From assembly GCA_035283685.1 (NCBI GenBank), contig DATETJ010000002.1:421362-485361 (forward strand): 64,000 bases of DNA. Reading direction: 5' to 3'. The number at the start of each line of letters is the position of its first letter. Position 1 is the stretch's first letter. The notes beneath the pieces are model-generated. The model was given only the letters and a program-made list of their open reading frames with translations, was not told the origin of the DNA and searched no databases. Shown piece after piece: positions 18,515-28,592 of the stretch. This stretch comes from Candidatus Bathyarchaeia archaeon. GTDB taxonomy: Archaea; Thermoproteota; Bathyarchaeia; Bathyarchaeales; Bathyarchaeaceae. The position numbers and the translations under genes are program-made.

Positions 18515-19387
18515 CTAGGATTTGGGTGCGAGTTCTCTTGCTCTTTCGGCTGCTTTAGTGACAGCCATTATCATTGCGGCTTTGACTCCACTTCTCTCCA
18601 GCTCCAGCAAGCCTTCAATTGTGGTTCCCGCCGGCGTAACCACCATATCCTTCAGTTTGGCAGGGTGCTCACCTGTCTCAACCACCATCTTTGCAGCGCC
18701 TAACGTGGTCTGCGCAGCCAGTGTCACCGAAACGTCTTTTGGCAACCCAAGTCTGACGCCCGCATCCGCTAAGGCATCGATTATAAGGTAAATGTATGCT
18801 GGTCCGCTACCCACCAAGCCTGTAGCCAGATTCAGGTATTTCTCGTCCAACTGTTTAACCAGTCCAAGTAAGCTGAGCACTTCGATTGTAGTCTTCAGCT
18901 GATCTTTAGTCACGCTTTCGGATGGGCAGAACGTTAGCATTCCTTCGCGAACTTGTACAGCCATGTTTGGCATTACTCGGATGATTGGTACGTGTTTAGG
19001 CAAATGCTGCTTGTAGAAGTCAAGCGTTACGCCTGCAGCGATTGAGACCAGAATTTTTCCAAGTTTCAATGCTGGCGCGATTTCCTGCAAAACCTTTCCC
19101 ACGTCAGCTGGCTTAACTGCAATTATACTGATGTCTGCGAAAGCTACAGCCTTCTTGGCATCAGCAAGGCACTCGATCTTGTATGTTTTCGCCATGTACT
19201 TGGCTCGGTCTTCAAGGATTTCGTAGGCTTTGATTTGCTCTGGGCTGTAGGCACCTGATTTCAGTAGGCCTGCGATTATGCCTTCGCCCATCTTGCCCGC
19301 GCCTATTAAAGCCACTTTGGGCATTTTCCTTGATTTGCTCAAATGGGGTTCGATCTCCTGCGGTGCGTTTGGATTTGTACCGCTCAA
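18515..19387 (-). CDS. proC: Pyrroline-5-carboxylate reductase
   Basis: It has the NADP-binding motif KVALIGAGKMGEGI and the conserved C-terminal region PAGTTIEGL. Confidence 0.85.
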   Translation of the reverse strand: MSGTNPNAPQEIEPHLSKSRKMPKVALIGAGKMGEGIIAGLLKSGAYSPEQIKAYEILEDRAKYMAKTYKIECLADAKKAVAFADISIIAVKPADVGKVLQEIAPALKLGKILVSIAAGVTLDFYKQHLPKHVPIIRVMPNMAVQVREGMLTFCPSESVTKDQLKTTIEVLSLLGLVKQLDEKYLNLATGLVGSGPAYIYLIIDALADAGVRLGLPKDVSVTLAAQTTLGAAKMVVETGEHPAKLKDMVVTPAGTTIEGLLELERSGVKAAMIMAVTKAAERARELAPKS

Positions 19388-19523
19388 GCAATTAAGTCTT
19401 TCATCTCAGAGCCACAGAAGATTGAAAATGCAATCTGGGACTTGCTGGTGAAAAGGTCGGGGTAAAGTGACGACAAACAAAAAAAGAGAAGGAGATGGTG
19501 TTTGTTTTCGATTTTTCGTGTTT

Positions 19524-21479
19524 CTATGGTGTGACTATTTGTCGGCGCATCATTTCGTTGTCTTCGTGGTCGATGATGTGGCAGTGCCAAACGTATCCGG
19601 GTGCAAACGGGTCAGCTGGGTCAAAGGCGTAGAGATTGATTCTTGGCGTTGTGATCACTGCATCTTGAGGTGCGTAGCGGACTCTGATCGTCGTAACTTC
19701 ACCTGGGTTCATTTGAACAGTGTCTTTCCAGCCCATCTCATTTGGTGGCGCTGGAGTCACAGGTCCTTTCAGGTATGGAGCCAGTGGCACATTGATCGTC
19801 GGCTGATCGAGTGGAGGCATCCCGTTAGCTGCCATCCAAGCCATCATGTAGCCGTTGACATCGAATTTTTGGCGGCTGACAACCGTGAACTGCACGAGGT
19901 GCAAGTGTATGGGGTGTGTGTCCGCTGTTGGATTGACTATCACCCAATCCACGGTCGATCCGACGCTTGTGAATTCAGATGTTGGAGCTGCCCACTTTTG
20001 TCCGTCTAGCAGGATTTCTGTTGGTCCTAGTGCGCCCATGACTTCGATTAGAGTTAACTGCTTTGCAACAGTATCTGGAGTCAGAGCTGGCATGGTTATT
20101 GGCCATGGAGTTGGCAAAGGTGTTGCAGGCACTGGTGTCCCGGCGACTGTGAACTGCATGATCTGACCGATAGTTGATCCGTCTGCTGGAGCGCCTGTTG
20201 GAAACGGAGCTTTGGCATTATTCCTGAGCAGGATCTTGCTACCAGCTGGTAGTCCTGAGAAATCAATCAGTATGTCGGCTCTTTCACCTGGCGCAACGGT
20301 CAACGAAGTTAGTGGAGCTGGCGCTGGCAAATAACCGCCGTCGCTTCCAATCTGAACGAACGGAACAACGGCCTTTGTCACTCTGTCTACAAAGGATAGA
20401 CTGTAGAATCTGGCGTTGGAACCGTCGAGAAGTCTGAGCCTGTACTGTCTGGGCTCCACGTTAAGGTTCGGCCACACTCTGCCGTTCACCATGATGGTGT
20501 TGCCGAAGAATTCGGGTTGCCAGTATGGGTGGACTGAGGGATCTAAGCCGACTGGTGGGAACCAGATTGAACCGTCCAGGTTAAACGACCTGTCCTGTAT
20601 CGCAATTGGAACCTCGTATTGCCCGCTGGGTAGAACTGAAGCCAGAGGATCAGCTGGGTCTCTTAGCATGTAGAAGCCTGCGAGCCCCGACATCACGTTA
20701 ATACGAGTGATGCCTAGAGCATGATCATGATACCAGAGAGTAGCTGCTCTTTGCTCGTTCGGATAATAGTAGACTGCTGCGTTGGGGTCAGTAGCCATGA
20801 TTGATCTATAGTCGTTGCCATGCATTCCATCTGGGGTCCACCATTGTTCTGGACCACCGTCAGAGCCAGATGGGACTTCTCCTCCGTGTAGATGTGTTGC
20901 TATAGGAACTGGCGTCTGTGCATCTGGGAAGCCTGGCGGGAAGGCAGGCCAAGGCTGAGGCGGCTCCATCGACATCATGTTTGGATTTGCCCAGTGAAGT
21001 GTAGGATCAACAGGAAACATGTGCGGTAGTGGATTTCCTTGAGCATCTACCAAATTGTTAACCCACTTTACCTGAACTGGAATGTCCCTAGTACCTTCGA
21101 ATGTTCCTGATGGCGAGTGACTGAAGGGAACAATGTTTCCGCCAATGTTGACAAGGCCTTCATAACCCCAGACTTTTGTCGCGGGAAATCCTGTCGGACG
21201 ACCTTTCTCATCAAAGGCTGGAAGAATCTGTTGATAGAATTCGGTGACGTTTATGGTATATTCGTGGCGAATTACTTCGCCTGTTGTCTGGTTTATCACA
21301 ACTGTAGGCTCGTATGGCGGTGGGATAGGTAGCTGATTAACGAACTTCGGAATCGTCTTAGGATTCAATGTGGGCGCTAGTGGCATTGCTGCGTTGGTTG
21401 AGTTGATAATTCCTATCGCTGCCATGCTTGCTATGATCAATAAGACAGTCAACGAGATGCTTACGATTTTACTCCTCAT
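19524..21479 (-). CDS. Secreted multicopper oxidase (CotA/bilirubin-oxidase-like)
   Basis: The copper-ligand motifs are HLHGG, WYHDHA, HPIHLHLV and HCHIIDHEDNEMM. The likely start is MRSKIVSISLTVLL (signal/TM) at 21479; the track ORF extends to 21632. Confidence 0.85.
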   Translation of the reverse strand: MRSKIVSISLTVLLIIASMAAIGIINSTNAAMPLAPTLNPKTIPKFVNQLPIPPPYEPTVVINQTTGEVIRHEYTINVTEFYQQILPAFDEKGRPTGFPATKVWGYEGLVNIGGNIVPFSHSPSGTFEGTRDIPVQVKWVNNLVDAQGNPLPHMFPVDPTLHWANPNMMSMEPPQPWPAFPPGFPDAQTPVPIATHLHGGEVPSGSDGGPEQWWTPDGMHGNDYRSIMATDPNAAVYYYPNEQRAATLWYHDHALGITRINVMSGLAGFYMLRDPADPLASVLPSGQYEVPIAIQDRSFNLDGSIWFPPVGLDPSVHPYWQPEFFGNTIMVNGRVWPNLNVEPRQYRLRLLDGSNARFYSLSFVDRVTKAVVPFVQIGSDGGYLPAPAPLTSLTVAPGERADILIDFSGLPAGSKILLRNNAKAPFPTGAPADGSTIGQIMQFTVAGTPVPATPLPTPWPITMPALTPDTVAKQLTLIEVMGALGPTEILLDGQKWAAPTSEFTSVGSTVDWVIVNPTADTHPIHLHLVQFTVVSRQKFDVNGYMMAWMAANGMPPLDQPTINVPLAPYLKGPVTPAPPNEMGWKDTVQMNPGEVTTIRVRYAPQDAVITTPRINLYAFDPADPFAPGYVWHCHIIDHEDNEMMRRQIVTP

Positions 21480-21660
21480 TCTTTTTCTCTCCTTTCTTTC
21501 TTGCGGTGCTTTACAATATGTAAAGAAAACAGTTATAACAATTATGGAAATCAATACTATAAGGAAATTCTTTTCCGTTTTGCGTGAATTCTGTTGGCTT
21601 TTTGGGCGTTTTTGGCAAGACTTATCAAGCAAATTGTCACAACTGAATGGAGAGGGGCCT

Positions 21661-22230
21661 TTGTTGTCTCACAAACTGGACAAGGTCGACTTGAGAATAA
21701 TGCACTCCTTAGCACAAGACGCAAGAAAGGCAATAACTCAACTATCCGTGGACGCAGGAATTTCCAGGCCGACAGCAATCAACAGGCTAAAGAAGCTGAG
21801 AGAGAACGGCATCCTTAGTGTTCACGCCACAGTCAACATCACAAAGCTTGGATTCAAACTGGCATTGGTTACCTTCAGAACCAAGAGTAACAATGCTGGT
21901 CAAGAACCAAGAACGGGTCTGGCTGTTTGTCCAAGGGTCCTGTTGCTTGTTCAAAAAAGTGGAGACCGTGACTGTTCGGCTCTTCTGTACAGTGAGAACA
22001 CCGAGACTCTCTTGTCTGTGGTTGAATGCGTTAAGAGTGTTTCAGGGGTTGAACTAACCTCGTGGCACCGTTTAAGCCCACCCTTACTGCCCGAAGCATT
22101 TGAACTAAAATTATTTCCTCACAAAGGCAAACTGACACCTTGCGGGAAGAAATGTGGCGTTTGTTCTAACTACCAAAATCAGGAATGCTTGGGCTGCCCT
22201 GCAGTAGTGGAATACAAAGGTCCGTTCTAA
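21661..22230 (+). CDS. Lrp/AsnC-family transcriptional regulator with Cys-rich C-terminal extension
   Basis: The HTH is KLDKVDLRIMHSLAQDARKAITQLSVDAGISRPTAINRLKKLRENGIL, followed by an RAM-like domain. The tail is CGKKCGVCSNYQNQECLGCP. The track ORF (from 21370) overlaps the MCO gene, so I chose the in-frame TTG at 21661. Confidence 0.65.
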   Translation: MLSHKLDKVDLRIMHSLAQDARKAITQLSVDAGISRPTAINRLKKLRENGILSVHATVNITKLGFKLALVTFRTKSNNAGQEPRTGLAVCPRVLLLVQKSGDRDCSALLYSENTETLLSVVECVKSVSGVELTSWHRLSPPLLPEAFELKLFPHKGKLTPCGKKCGVCSNYQNQECLGCPAVVEYKGPF

Positions 22231-22444
22231 GTAAACACAGTTTTCTGTTTTTGAATTCAACTTCGTTTTATTTTGCCAAGAGTTCTTTTTGTACCTGTGA
22301 TGCCAAAGTGCTGTCTAAAGCAAAGAACCCGATGGATCTGTGCACAGAGTTGGCTAGAGCACATGGCGCTATCTTATTTGCTGGTGTAGACCATAAACTG
22401 GGAAGAATCGACATCCGAGAAAGGCATAGATTTCCAGCAACAGC

Positions 22445-24568
22445 TCACAAGTGTTTCTGAAGAACTTCCACCACGCTTGGGAAGTCTATGCCGAGAGATT
22501 TCACTTTCTCAGGAGTTGGCACTCCGTTAGGGGTCCAGCCGCGTCTCTTGTAAACAGCGTCTTTAAGCTTCTCATATTCTGCCTCACGATATTTCCTCAA
22601 AGCCGTCAGTTTCTCCTCAGTTGACTTGCCCTTTGGTTCGAAGCCGACCTTCTCCTTAAGCTGTTTGTCGTAGCGTTCTGCACGACTCTCGTATTCTTTT
22701 ATGGTCACTGGACCAACTGCTCGGTAAGGTATAGCGTCATATTCTCGTGTTCCGAAGCCCATCCTCAAATTGAAGATGCGCTGCAAATTGTAGACTCGCT
22801 CGCTCATCGAGATGATGTCGTCAACAGTGATTTTTCTGCCGGTCACGGCTGAGAAGAAGTTCATGTAGTTTTCAACGTGCCCCATAATCTTCGCTGGCTC
22901 TTTTGTCTGCTTGTTGTCCAAGGGAATGACATCGTTCCACGGAAGTTTGCACAAACCATTTAGACCAAACCACGTTCGGAACATGGGGAACCAATGTAGG
23001 TTTTCTGCTTTCTGCTCGAACGTTGGCATTTCGTTGCGCACCATGTCCGAGAATATAAGCCACGCTTCATCATGTTGTGGTCCCTTTAGGGCTAAGCCAT
23101 AACCGCCTTGCTGAGCCAATGACTCCTTGGTGACGTATTCTGAGAATTCCAAACCTTTGGCCTCCATGCCGATGTCCTGCATAATCTTGGGATCAGCGCC
23201 ATATTTCTCGGCGAAGAGCTTCTTCATCCTCTTTATACCTTGCCCAACCACAACGCCGAAACCCTCCCCCTTCGCCATCTGGTGAACCAGCTCAAGCGCG
23301 GCTGCGGCGTTGCCAAATCGAAGGTCCATTCCGCCAGTTGCTTTTTTGTCAATCAAGCCCATCTCGTAACATTCCATGGCGAAAGCCGTGGCTGTGCCCA
23401 CAGAAATCGTATCCAAACCATAGATGTCGCAGTAAAAGTTCATCTCAATCACATAGTCTGCGTCAAAAATGCCACAGCTGCTACCAACTCCAGCAATCGT
23501 CTCATACTCTGGACCGTTAACGAAAACCTTCTGCCCTTTGTACGGGCCAGTCTTAAGTTCGAAGTCTTTGACGCCGTGAGCGCACGCCAATGCGCAGCCC
23601 ATCCAGCAGCCATCGAAGCCCTTATGAAACTTCTTTCTATACACCTCTCTGCCCAAATTCTCAGCTTCCGAGTGACTGCCAAATCTAAAGTTGTTAGTTG
23701 GCAGAAGATCAAAATCATTCATAATCAAGACCAGATGCGTGGTGCCAATTGTCGCCATCTCATTCTGCTTGGGGTCAAGAGCCCTAATCTCTTGACTGTG
23801 CGTGTGACCAACCTGCTTAATCGATTCAGGGTCAGCTGGGCCGTTGCTGTCCACGGATATTTTGCCCGAATACTTGACCGCTATTGCCTTTATTTTCTTG
23901 TTGCGCAGAACACTGCCTATCCCGCCTCTTCCCGCTTGCTTAAATCGATGGATCTTGCGGCCCACATCAAACCACGAGGAGTTCAAGCACCCAAAACGTG
24001 TGTACTCGGCTCCTGGACCAGAAGAAAGCACAGATATGCATTGGTCTTTATCTTTCGAATACTTCTTCGCCATCCAATCCGTGATCAAATGTGTCTCCGA
24101 AGACAGTTTCGATGCGTCTTCAACCAGAACCTTGCCCTCGTCTCCGTCGATGAGGATAGCCACCTCGGACTTCGGCTTTCCCTGAACTTCCAACGCGTCC
24201 CACCCAGCAAACTTCAAGTACGGCCCGAAGTACCCACCGACGTTTGAATCCACGACAGTGTCAGTTAACGGCGAGATTGTGACCGCTATGCTCTTTCCAC
24301 TTCCCGGATAAACAGGCGTTCCTCCCAGCGGGCCAGCGGCCATGCAAATCTCGTTCTCAGGATCATCCCACTTCGCAACGCGGTTTCTTGGCAGGGCATT
24401 CCAGAGCAGCCACAGGTTGAAGCCGCGTCCGCCTGTGAATTTTTCTTTCATCTCATCTGAAACAGGTTTGCTGGCGATTTTCATGTTTGAGAGGTCTATG
24501 TGCAGTGTTCGATTGTTGTAACCTCTGACAACTTTGCCCAATTGATAATTGAACTCGGCAAGCGCCAT
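22445..24568 (-). CDS. Aldehyde:ferredoxin oxidoreductase-family tungstoenzyme (long form)
   Basis: About 707 aa, with an AOR N-terminal domain (GYNNRTLHIDLS...GGRGFNLWLL) and a pterin/4Fe-4S region (CWMGCALACAH, GPEYETIAGVGSSCG). The start is taken at MALAEFNY (24568); the track ORF extends to 24676. Confidence 0.85.
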   Translation of the reverse strand: MALAEFNYQLGKVVRGYNNRTLHIDLSNMKIASKPVSDEMKEKFTGGRGFNLWLLWNALPRNRVAKWDDPENEICMAAGPLGGTPVYPGSGKSIAVTISPLTDTVVDSNVGGYFGPYLKFAGWDALEVQGKPKSEVAILIDGDEGKVLVEDASKLSSETHLITDWMAKKYSKDKDQCISVLSSGPGAEYTRFGCLNSSWFDVGRKIHRFKQAGRGGIGSVLRNKKIKAIAVKYSGKISVDSNGPADPESIKQVGHTHSQEIRALDPKQNEMATIGTTHLVLIMNDFDLLPTNNFRFGSHSEAENLGREVYRKKFHKGFDGCWMGCALACAHGVKDFELKTGPYKGQKVFVNGPEYETIAGVGSSCGIFDADYVIEMNFYCDIYGLDTISVGTATAFAMECYEMGLIDKKATGGMDLRFGNAAAALELVHQMAKGEGFGVVVGQGIKRMKKLFAEKYGADPKIMQDIGMEAKGLEFSEYVTKESLAQQGGYGLALKGPQHDEAWLIFSDMVRNEMPTFEQKAENLHWFPMFRTWFGLNGLCKLPWNDVIPLDNKQTKEPAKIMGHVENYMNFFSAVTGRKITVDDIISMSERVYNLQRIFNLRMGFGTREYDAIPYRAVGPVTIKEYESRAERYDKQLKEKVGFEPKGKSTEEKLTALRKYREAEYEKLKDAVYKRRGWTPNGVPTPEKVKSLGIDFPSVVEVLQKHL

Positions 24569-24728
24569 TTCCTTTTTTCTCCAAGGAAATTTGAGAGTAG
24601 CAACCTTCGCCAAGCATATTAATAGACTTTGTGGAGTAATGTAGGCGGATGTTACTTTTGTTTTGAAAGAAAACAACTAATATCAGAAAACTGGAATATC
24701 TATAGCAAAACCCTTGAAGGTGAGGACG

Positions 24729-26564
24729 ATGCATGGTTGGACAGGAAAAATCTTGCGTGTAAATCTCACAAAGAAGAAAGCAGTCTTCCAAGAGTTCGAT
24801 GCGGATTTTGCCCAAACTTGGATAGGTGGAAGAGGCTTTGCCGCAAAAATCCTCTGGGACGAACTGAAACCCGGCACAGACGCGCTCTCTCCTGAGAACA
24901 GGCTGATTTTCGCAACTGGACCCTTAACTGGCGCGTCGTTGCCCAGTAGCGGCAAGCTGGTTGTAGCAGCGAAAAGCCCCTTAACAGGCGGCTATGGCGA
25001 CGGCAATGTTGGCACATGGGTCTGCGTGAACATGCGCAAGGCGGGATACGAAGCCATGGTTTTCGAAGGCAAAGCTGAAAAACCCACAGTTCTACTCGTC
25101 GAAAACGACAAAATCGAATTTCTCGACGGCAAAGACTACTGGGGAAGAGGGGTCTTCGAAACCGAAAAAGACCTCAAGAAAAGATACGGCAACGTCACAG
25201 GCGTTGTTTCAATCGGTAAAGCGGGCGAGAACAAAGTCAAATTCGCCAACATGATTTCGCAGGAGGGTCGAGGAGGCGGAAGACCAGGCATCGGCGCCGT
25301 CATGGGTTCCAAAAACCTGAAAGCAGTTGCAGTGAAAGGAACTAAAGAGTTGCCTGCAGCCAACATGACCGAGTTGAAGAAACTCGGGTTAGACGGGTAC
25401 AAGGAAATCTTGGCTAAACCCAATTACAAGTTCTGGAAGCGACAAGGCACGGTGTCAACGATTGAGTGGAGCCAAGAGAACAGTTGCCTGCCGACCTGCA
25501 ACTTCAGAGAAGGAGTCTTTGACCAAGCAGAAGCGATCGGCGGCTTCGCAATGGAGAAATTGAAAATCTCAAACCGCGGATGCCCGCAATGCAATATGAC
25601 CTGTGGCAATGTGATACCCGACATTGACAACGAGCCCGTGGAAGTGGACTACGAGAACGTCACATTGTTGGGATCAAACATCGGCTTAGGCAATTTGAAG
25701 CAAGTGGCTCACTTGAATCGCTTATGCGACGATTACGGATTGGACACGATTTCAATGGGCAACGCAATCGGCTTCGCCATGGAAGCCTCAGAGAAGAAGC
25801 TTATTCCAGAGAAGATTGAATGGGGAGATTTCGAAAAGGCGAAGGAGTTAGTTGAAAAAGTGGCTGACAACAAAGGCGAAATGGGCACACTATTGGCGCA
25901 AGGCGTGCGTCATGCTTCAGAAAAAATCGGCAAAGACTCGAAAAACTGGGCAATGCACGTGAAAGGCTTAGAGATCTCAGCATACAACTGTCACACAACA
26001 CCCGCTATGGCATTAGCCTATGGAACCGCAGCCTCAGGCGCACACCACAAAGATGCATGGGTCATTTCGTGGGAAGTCAAATACGGACGCGAAAGCTACG
26101 ACGAAACCAAAGTCGACAAGATCATAGAGTTGCAGCGCCTCAGAGCAGGCATGTTTGAGCTTTTGACCATCTGCCGATTGCCATGGGTTGAAGTTGGCTT
26201 CGAACTGGACTGGTACCCGCGCTACATTAAGGCGGCAACAGGCCTGACCCTGACGCTGGAAGACATGTACAAAGTCGCTGACAGAACATTCACGCTGATT
26301 AGAGCATTCTGGGTTCGCGAATTTGGCGAGCAGTGGAACAGCAACATGGACATGGTGCCAAACAGGTGGTTCTTTGACCCCTTAACTAAAGGTCCACTTA
26401 AAGGTGCAAAACTCGACAAATCGAAATACGAAGCCATGCTGCAAATGTACTGCAAAAAGCGAGGCTGGGACAGCAGAGGCATACCCACAAGATCCACGCT
26501 GACGAAACTTGGCTTATCGGACGTAGCTCAAGAACTAGGCTCACATGTGCCATTGACAGCCTAA
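24729..26564 (+). CDS. aor: Aldehyde:ferredoxin oxidoreductase
   Basis: It has the classic N-terminus MHGWTGKILRVNLT, then GGRGFAAKILWDE, RGCPQCNMTC and YENVTLLGSNIG. The start is taken at 24729. Confidence 0.9.
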   Translation: MHGWTGKILRVNLTKKKAVFQEFDADFAQTWIGGRGFAAKILWDELKPGTDALSPENRLIFATGPLTGASLPSSGKLVVAAKSPLTGGYGDGNVGTWVCVNMRKAGYEAMVFEGKAEKPTVLLVENDKIEFLDGKDYWGRGVFETEKDLKKRYGNVTGVVSIGKAGENKVKFANMISQEGRGGGRPGIGAVMGSKNLKAVAVKGTKELPAANMTELKKLGLDGYKEILAKPNYKFWKRQGTVSTIEWSQENSCLPTCNFREGVFDQAEAIGGFAMEKLKISNRGCPQCNMTCGNVIPDIDNEPVEVDYENVTLLGSNIGLGNLKQVAHLNRLCDDYGLDTISMGNAIGFAMEASEKKLIPEKIEWGDFEKAKELVEKVADNKGEMGTLLAQGVRHASEKIGKDSKNWAMHVKGLEISAYNCHTTPAMALAYGTAASGAHHKDAWVISWEVKYGRESYDETKVDKIIELQRLRAGMFELLTICRLPWVEVGFELDWYPRYIKAATGLTLTLEDMYKVADRTFTLIRAFWVREFGEQWNSNMDMVPNRWFFDPLTKGPLKGAKLDKSKYEAMLQMYCKKRGWDSRGIPTRSTLTKLGLSDVAQELGSHVPLTA

Positions 26565-26665
26565 TCCTTACCCCTTTGACTTTCCGTGAATTAAGAATCT
26601 CAAGATAGCAACGTTTAAACACATCAAAGACCAATTCGCAGAGAAAACAGAGAAGAAGAGCACGC

Positions 26666-27289
26666 TTGCAACTCGAGGAATTTTTCAACGGTGTTTGGCA
26701 GCTCTTAATGCAGTATGGTTACCTTGGAATCTTTGCAATTAGCTTTATCGGAACCGCTTCAATAATCATTCCTGTGCCCTACACGCTCATTATTTTCTCA
26801 CTTAGCACAACGGGTCAGTGGGACCCAGTTCTGCTCATAATTGCTGGCGGCACGGGCTCCGCAGTAGGCGAACTATCTGGGTACGCATTAGGATACTTTG
26901 GAAGAAGAATAGTGAGCGAAGAACGACAAAGAAAAATGACCTACTTAGTTAAACTGTTTGACCGCTACGGACCACTCGCCATCTTCGCCTTCGCTATGAC
27001 GCCCTTGCCAGACGATGTGCTGTTCATACCGTTAGGAATTCTGCGGTACAAGCTCTACAAGGTGTTCATTCCGGCACTTATCGGAAAAATATTGATGATT
27101 TCCCTCTTGGTGTATTTCGGAGGAGTATGGGGCAACATCCTTCTTCAGGCTTTTGGAGACAGTGGAAGTCTGTATGGCATGGTAATCACAACTGTATTGT
27201 TGGTAATCGTTATAATCGCCCTATACCGTATTGACTGGGAGAACGTTCTCAAAAAATACGTCGGCGAAAAAGGCGAACCGAAAAATTGA
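26666..27289 (+). CDS. DedA/VTT (SNARE-associated) family membrane protein
   Basis: 207 aa. It has the GYLGIFAISFIGTASIIIPVPY and TPLPDDVLFIPLG motifs typical of DedA. Confidence 0.75.
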   Translation: MQLEEFFNGVWQLLMQYGYLGIFAISFIGTASIIIPVPYTLIIFSLSTTGQWDPVLLIIAGGTGSAVGELSGYALGYFGRRIVSEERQRKMTYLVKLFDRYGPLAIFAFAMTPLPDDVLFIPLGILRYKLYKVFIPALIGKILMISLLVYFGGVWGNILLQAFGDSGSLYGMVITTVLLVIVIIALYRIDWENVLKKYVGEKGEPKN

Positions 27290-28572
27290 GAGTAATCACA
27301 GATCTGCATGTTCACAGTAGATTCAGCCGAGCCACAAGCGAAAAGATGACCATTGGTGAAATCACGCGGTTCGCTCGCATTAAGGGCTTGCAGCTTGTCG
27401 GCACGGGTGACTTCACTCATCCCAAATGGCTAGAGGAACTTCGGCAGAACCTAGTTGAAGTCCCAGGCGCAAACCTCTACAAACCCGTAGGTCCACCAGA
27501 GTCTAACGTCAGCTTCATGGCTACAGGCGAAGTTGCCACCATTTTCACTTTTGAAGGCGAGATCAAAAAGATACATCATGTCATCTTGACTCCGAATTTC
27601 GAGACTGCGCTTCAAATCAACGATCGACTGAAGCGATATGGCAACTTGGGAAGCGATGGTAGACCAATACTCGACATGTCTGCACCACAGCTCGTGGACG
27701 AAATAATGAAAGTCAGCTCACAAAATGCTGTTATTCCCGCTCACGTTTGGACACCTTGGTTCAGTTTGTTCGGAGCCTTCAGCGGCTTCAACCGCATAGA
27801 AGACTGCTACCAAGATGCGACAAAACACATTTTCGCACTTGAAACAGGCTTATCCTCTGACCCACCCATGAACTGGCGGCTAAGCAGCCTAGACAAATAT
27901 ACGCTGGTTTCAAACAGCGACAGCCACAGCCACTGGCCATGGAGAATAGGAAGGGAAGCCAACGTATTCGAGCTGGAGAATGTAACCTACGGGGAAGTTG
28001 TAGACGCCGTGCGCACAAAAGACAACCGACGTTTCAAATTCACTATTGAAACTGACCCCGCCTATGGAAAATATCACTGGACAGGACACAGAAACTGCAA
28101 GGTCTCACTCTCACCTCAAGAAGCAATTAAGTTTGGAAACCGCTGCCCCATGTGCCGCAGAAGTCTGACCAAAGGCGTCGAGCAAAGAGTCGAAGAACTA
28201 GCCGACAGACCACCCAAGTTTAAGCCACCAAACGCAATAGGCTTCAAACATTTAATGCCCCTCTCAGAAATAATTGCAGCTGTGCTTGGTGCGAGTTATC
28301 CAAGCGTTCTGAAGGTCTGGGACGTTTACAACTTGCTAGTTGGGAAGTTCGGCGACGAATACACCGTGCTTATGGACGCGCCTATGGAAGAGTTGGCTGG
28401 GATCGTCGAACAACGAATCGCCGACGCTATAGTACGCGTGAGAGAAGAGAAAGTGCATGTGACGCCCGGCTACGATGGCGTGTACGGTCAACTTGTCCTG
28501 TCTGAACAACCGAATGAAACGGAACTGAAGAAAGAATCGATCAAACAGCGAAGCTTAGCGGACTTCGTATAG
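27286..28572 (+). CDS. Endonuclease Q (PHP-like fold plus Zn finger)
   Basis: The N-terminus is VITDLHVHSRFSRATS...GLQLVGTGDFTHPKW. Further motifs are PAHVWTPWFSLFG, SNSDSHS, GKYHWTGHRNC and CPMCRR. The sequence is colinear with Pyrococcus EndoQ as I recall it. The TTG start overlaps the DedA stop (TTGA). Confidence 0.8.
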   Translation: MRVITDLHVHSRFSRATSEKMTIGEITRFARIKGLQLVGTGDFTHPKWLEELRQNLVEVPGANLYKPVGPPESNVSFMATGEVATIFTFEGEIKKIHHVILTPNFETALQINDRLKRYGNLGSDGRPILDMSAPQLVDEIMKVSSQNAVIPAHVWTPWFSLFGAFSGFNRIEDCYQDATKHIFALETGLSSDPPMNWRLSSLDKYTLVSNSDSHSHWPWRIGREANVFELENVTYGEVVDAVRTKDNRRFKFTIETDPAYGKYHWTGHRNCKVSLSPQEAIKFGNRCPMCRRSLTKGVEQRVEELADRPPKFKPPNAIGFKHLMPLSEIIAAVLGASYPSVLKVWDVYNLLVGKFGDEYTVLMDAPMEELAGIVEQRIADAIVRVREEKVHVTPGYDGVYGQLVLSEQPNETELKKESIKQRSLADFV

Positions 28573-28592
28573 TGCAAAAAAAGGAAGGGAGT

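Noticed and set aside
21370-21660. N-terminal extension of about 97 aa on the Lrp-family ORF
   Set aside because: The first part of the extension overlaps the 5' end (signal-peptide region) of the multicopper oxidase gene on the opposite strand. It is hydrophobic and low-complexity, and the Lrp HTH begins only at about 21670. Similar 5' extensions were trimmed at 19524-21632, 22445-24676, 24714, 40099-41250, 50288, 51774, 54871, 61825 and 15083.
23240-24247. 335-aa + strand ORF, the longest unassigned ORF in the track
   Set aside because: It lies entirely antisense to the strongly supported AOR-family gene at 22445-24568. Its product is low-complexity and R/S/L-rich with no motif. I treat it as a shadow ORF. 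The same reasoning applies to 5214-5597, 8219-8623, 6839-7165, 19467-20009, 29323-29745, 52593-53171, 45324-45656 and similar ORFs.
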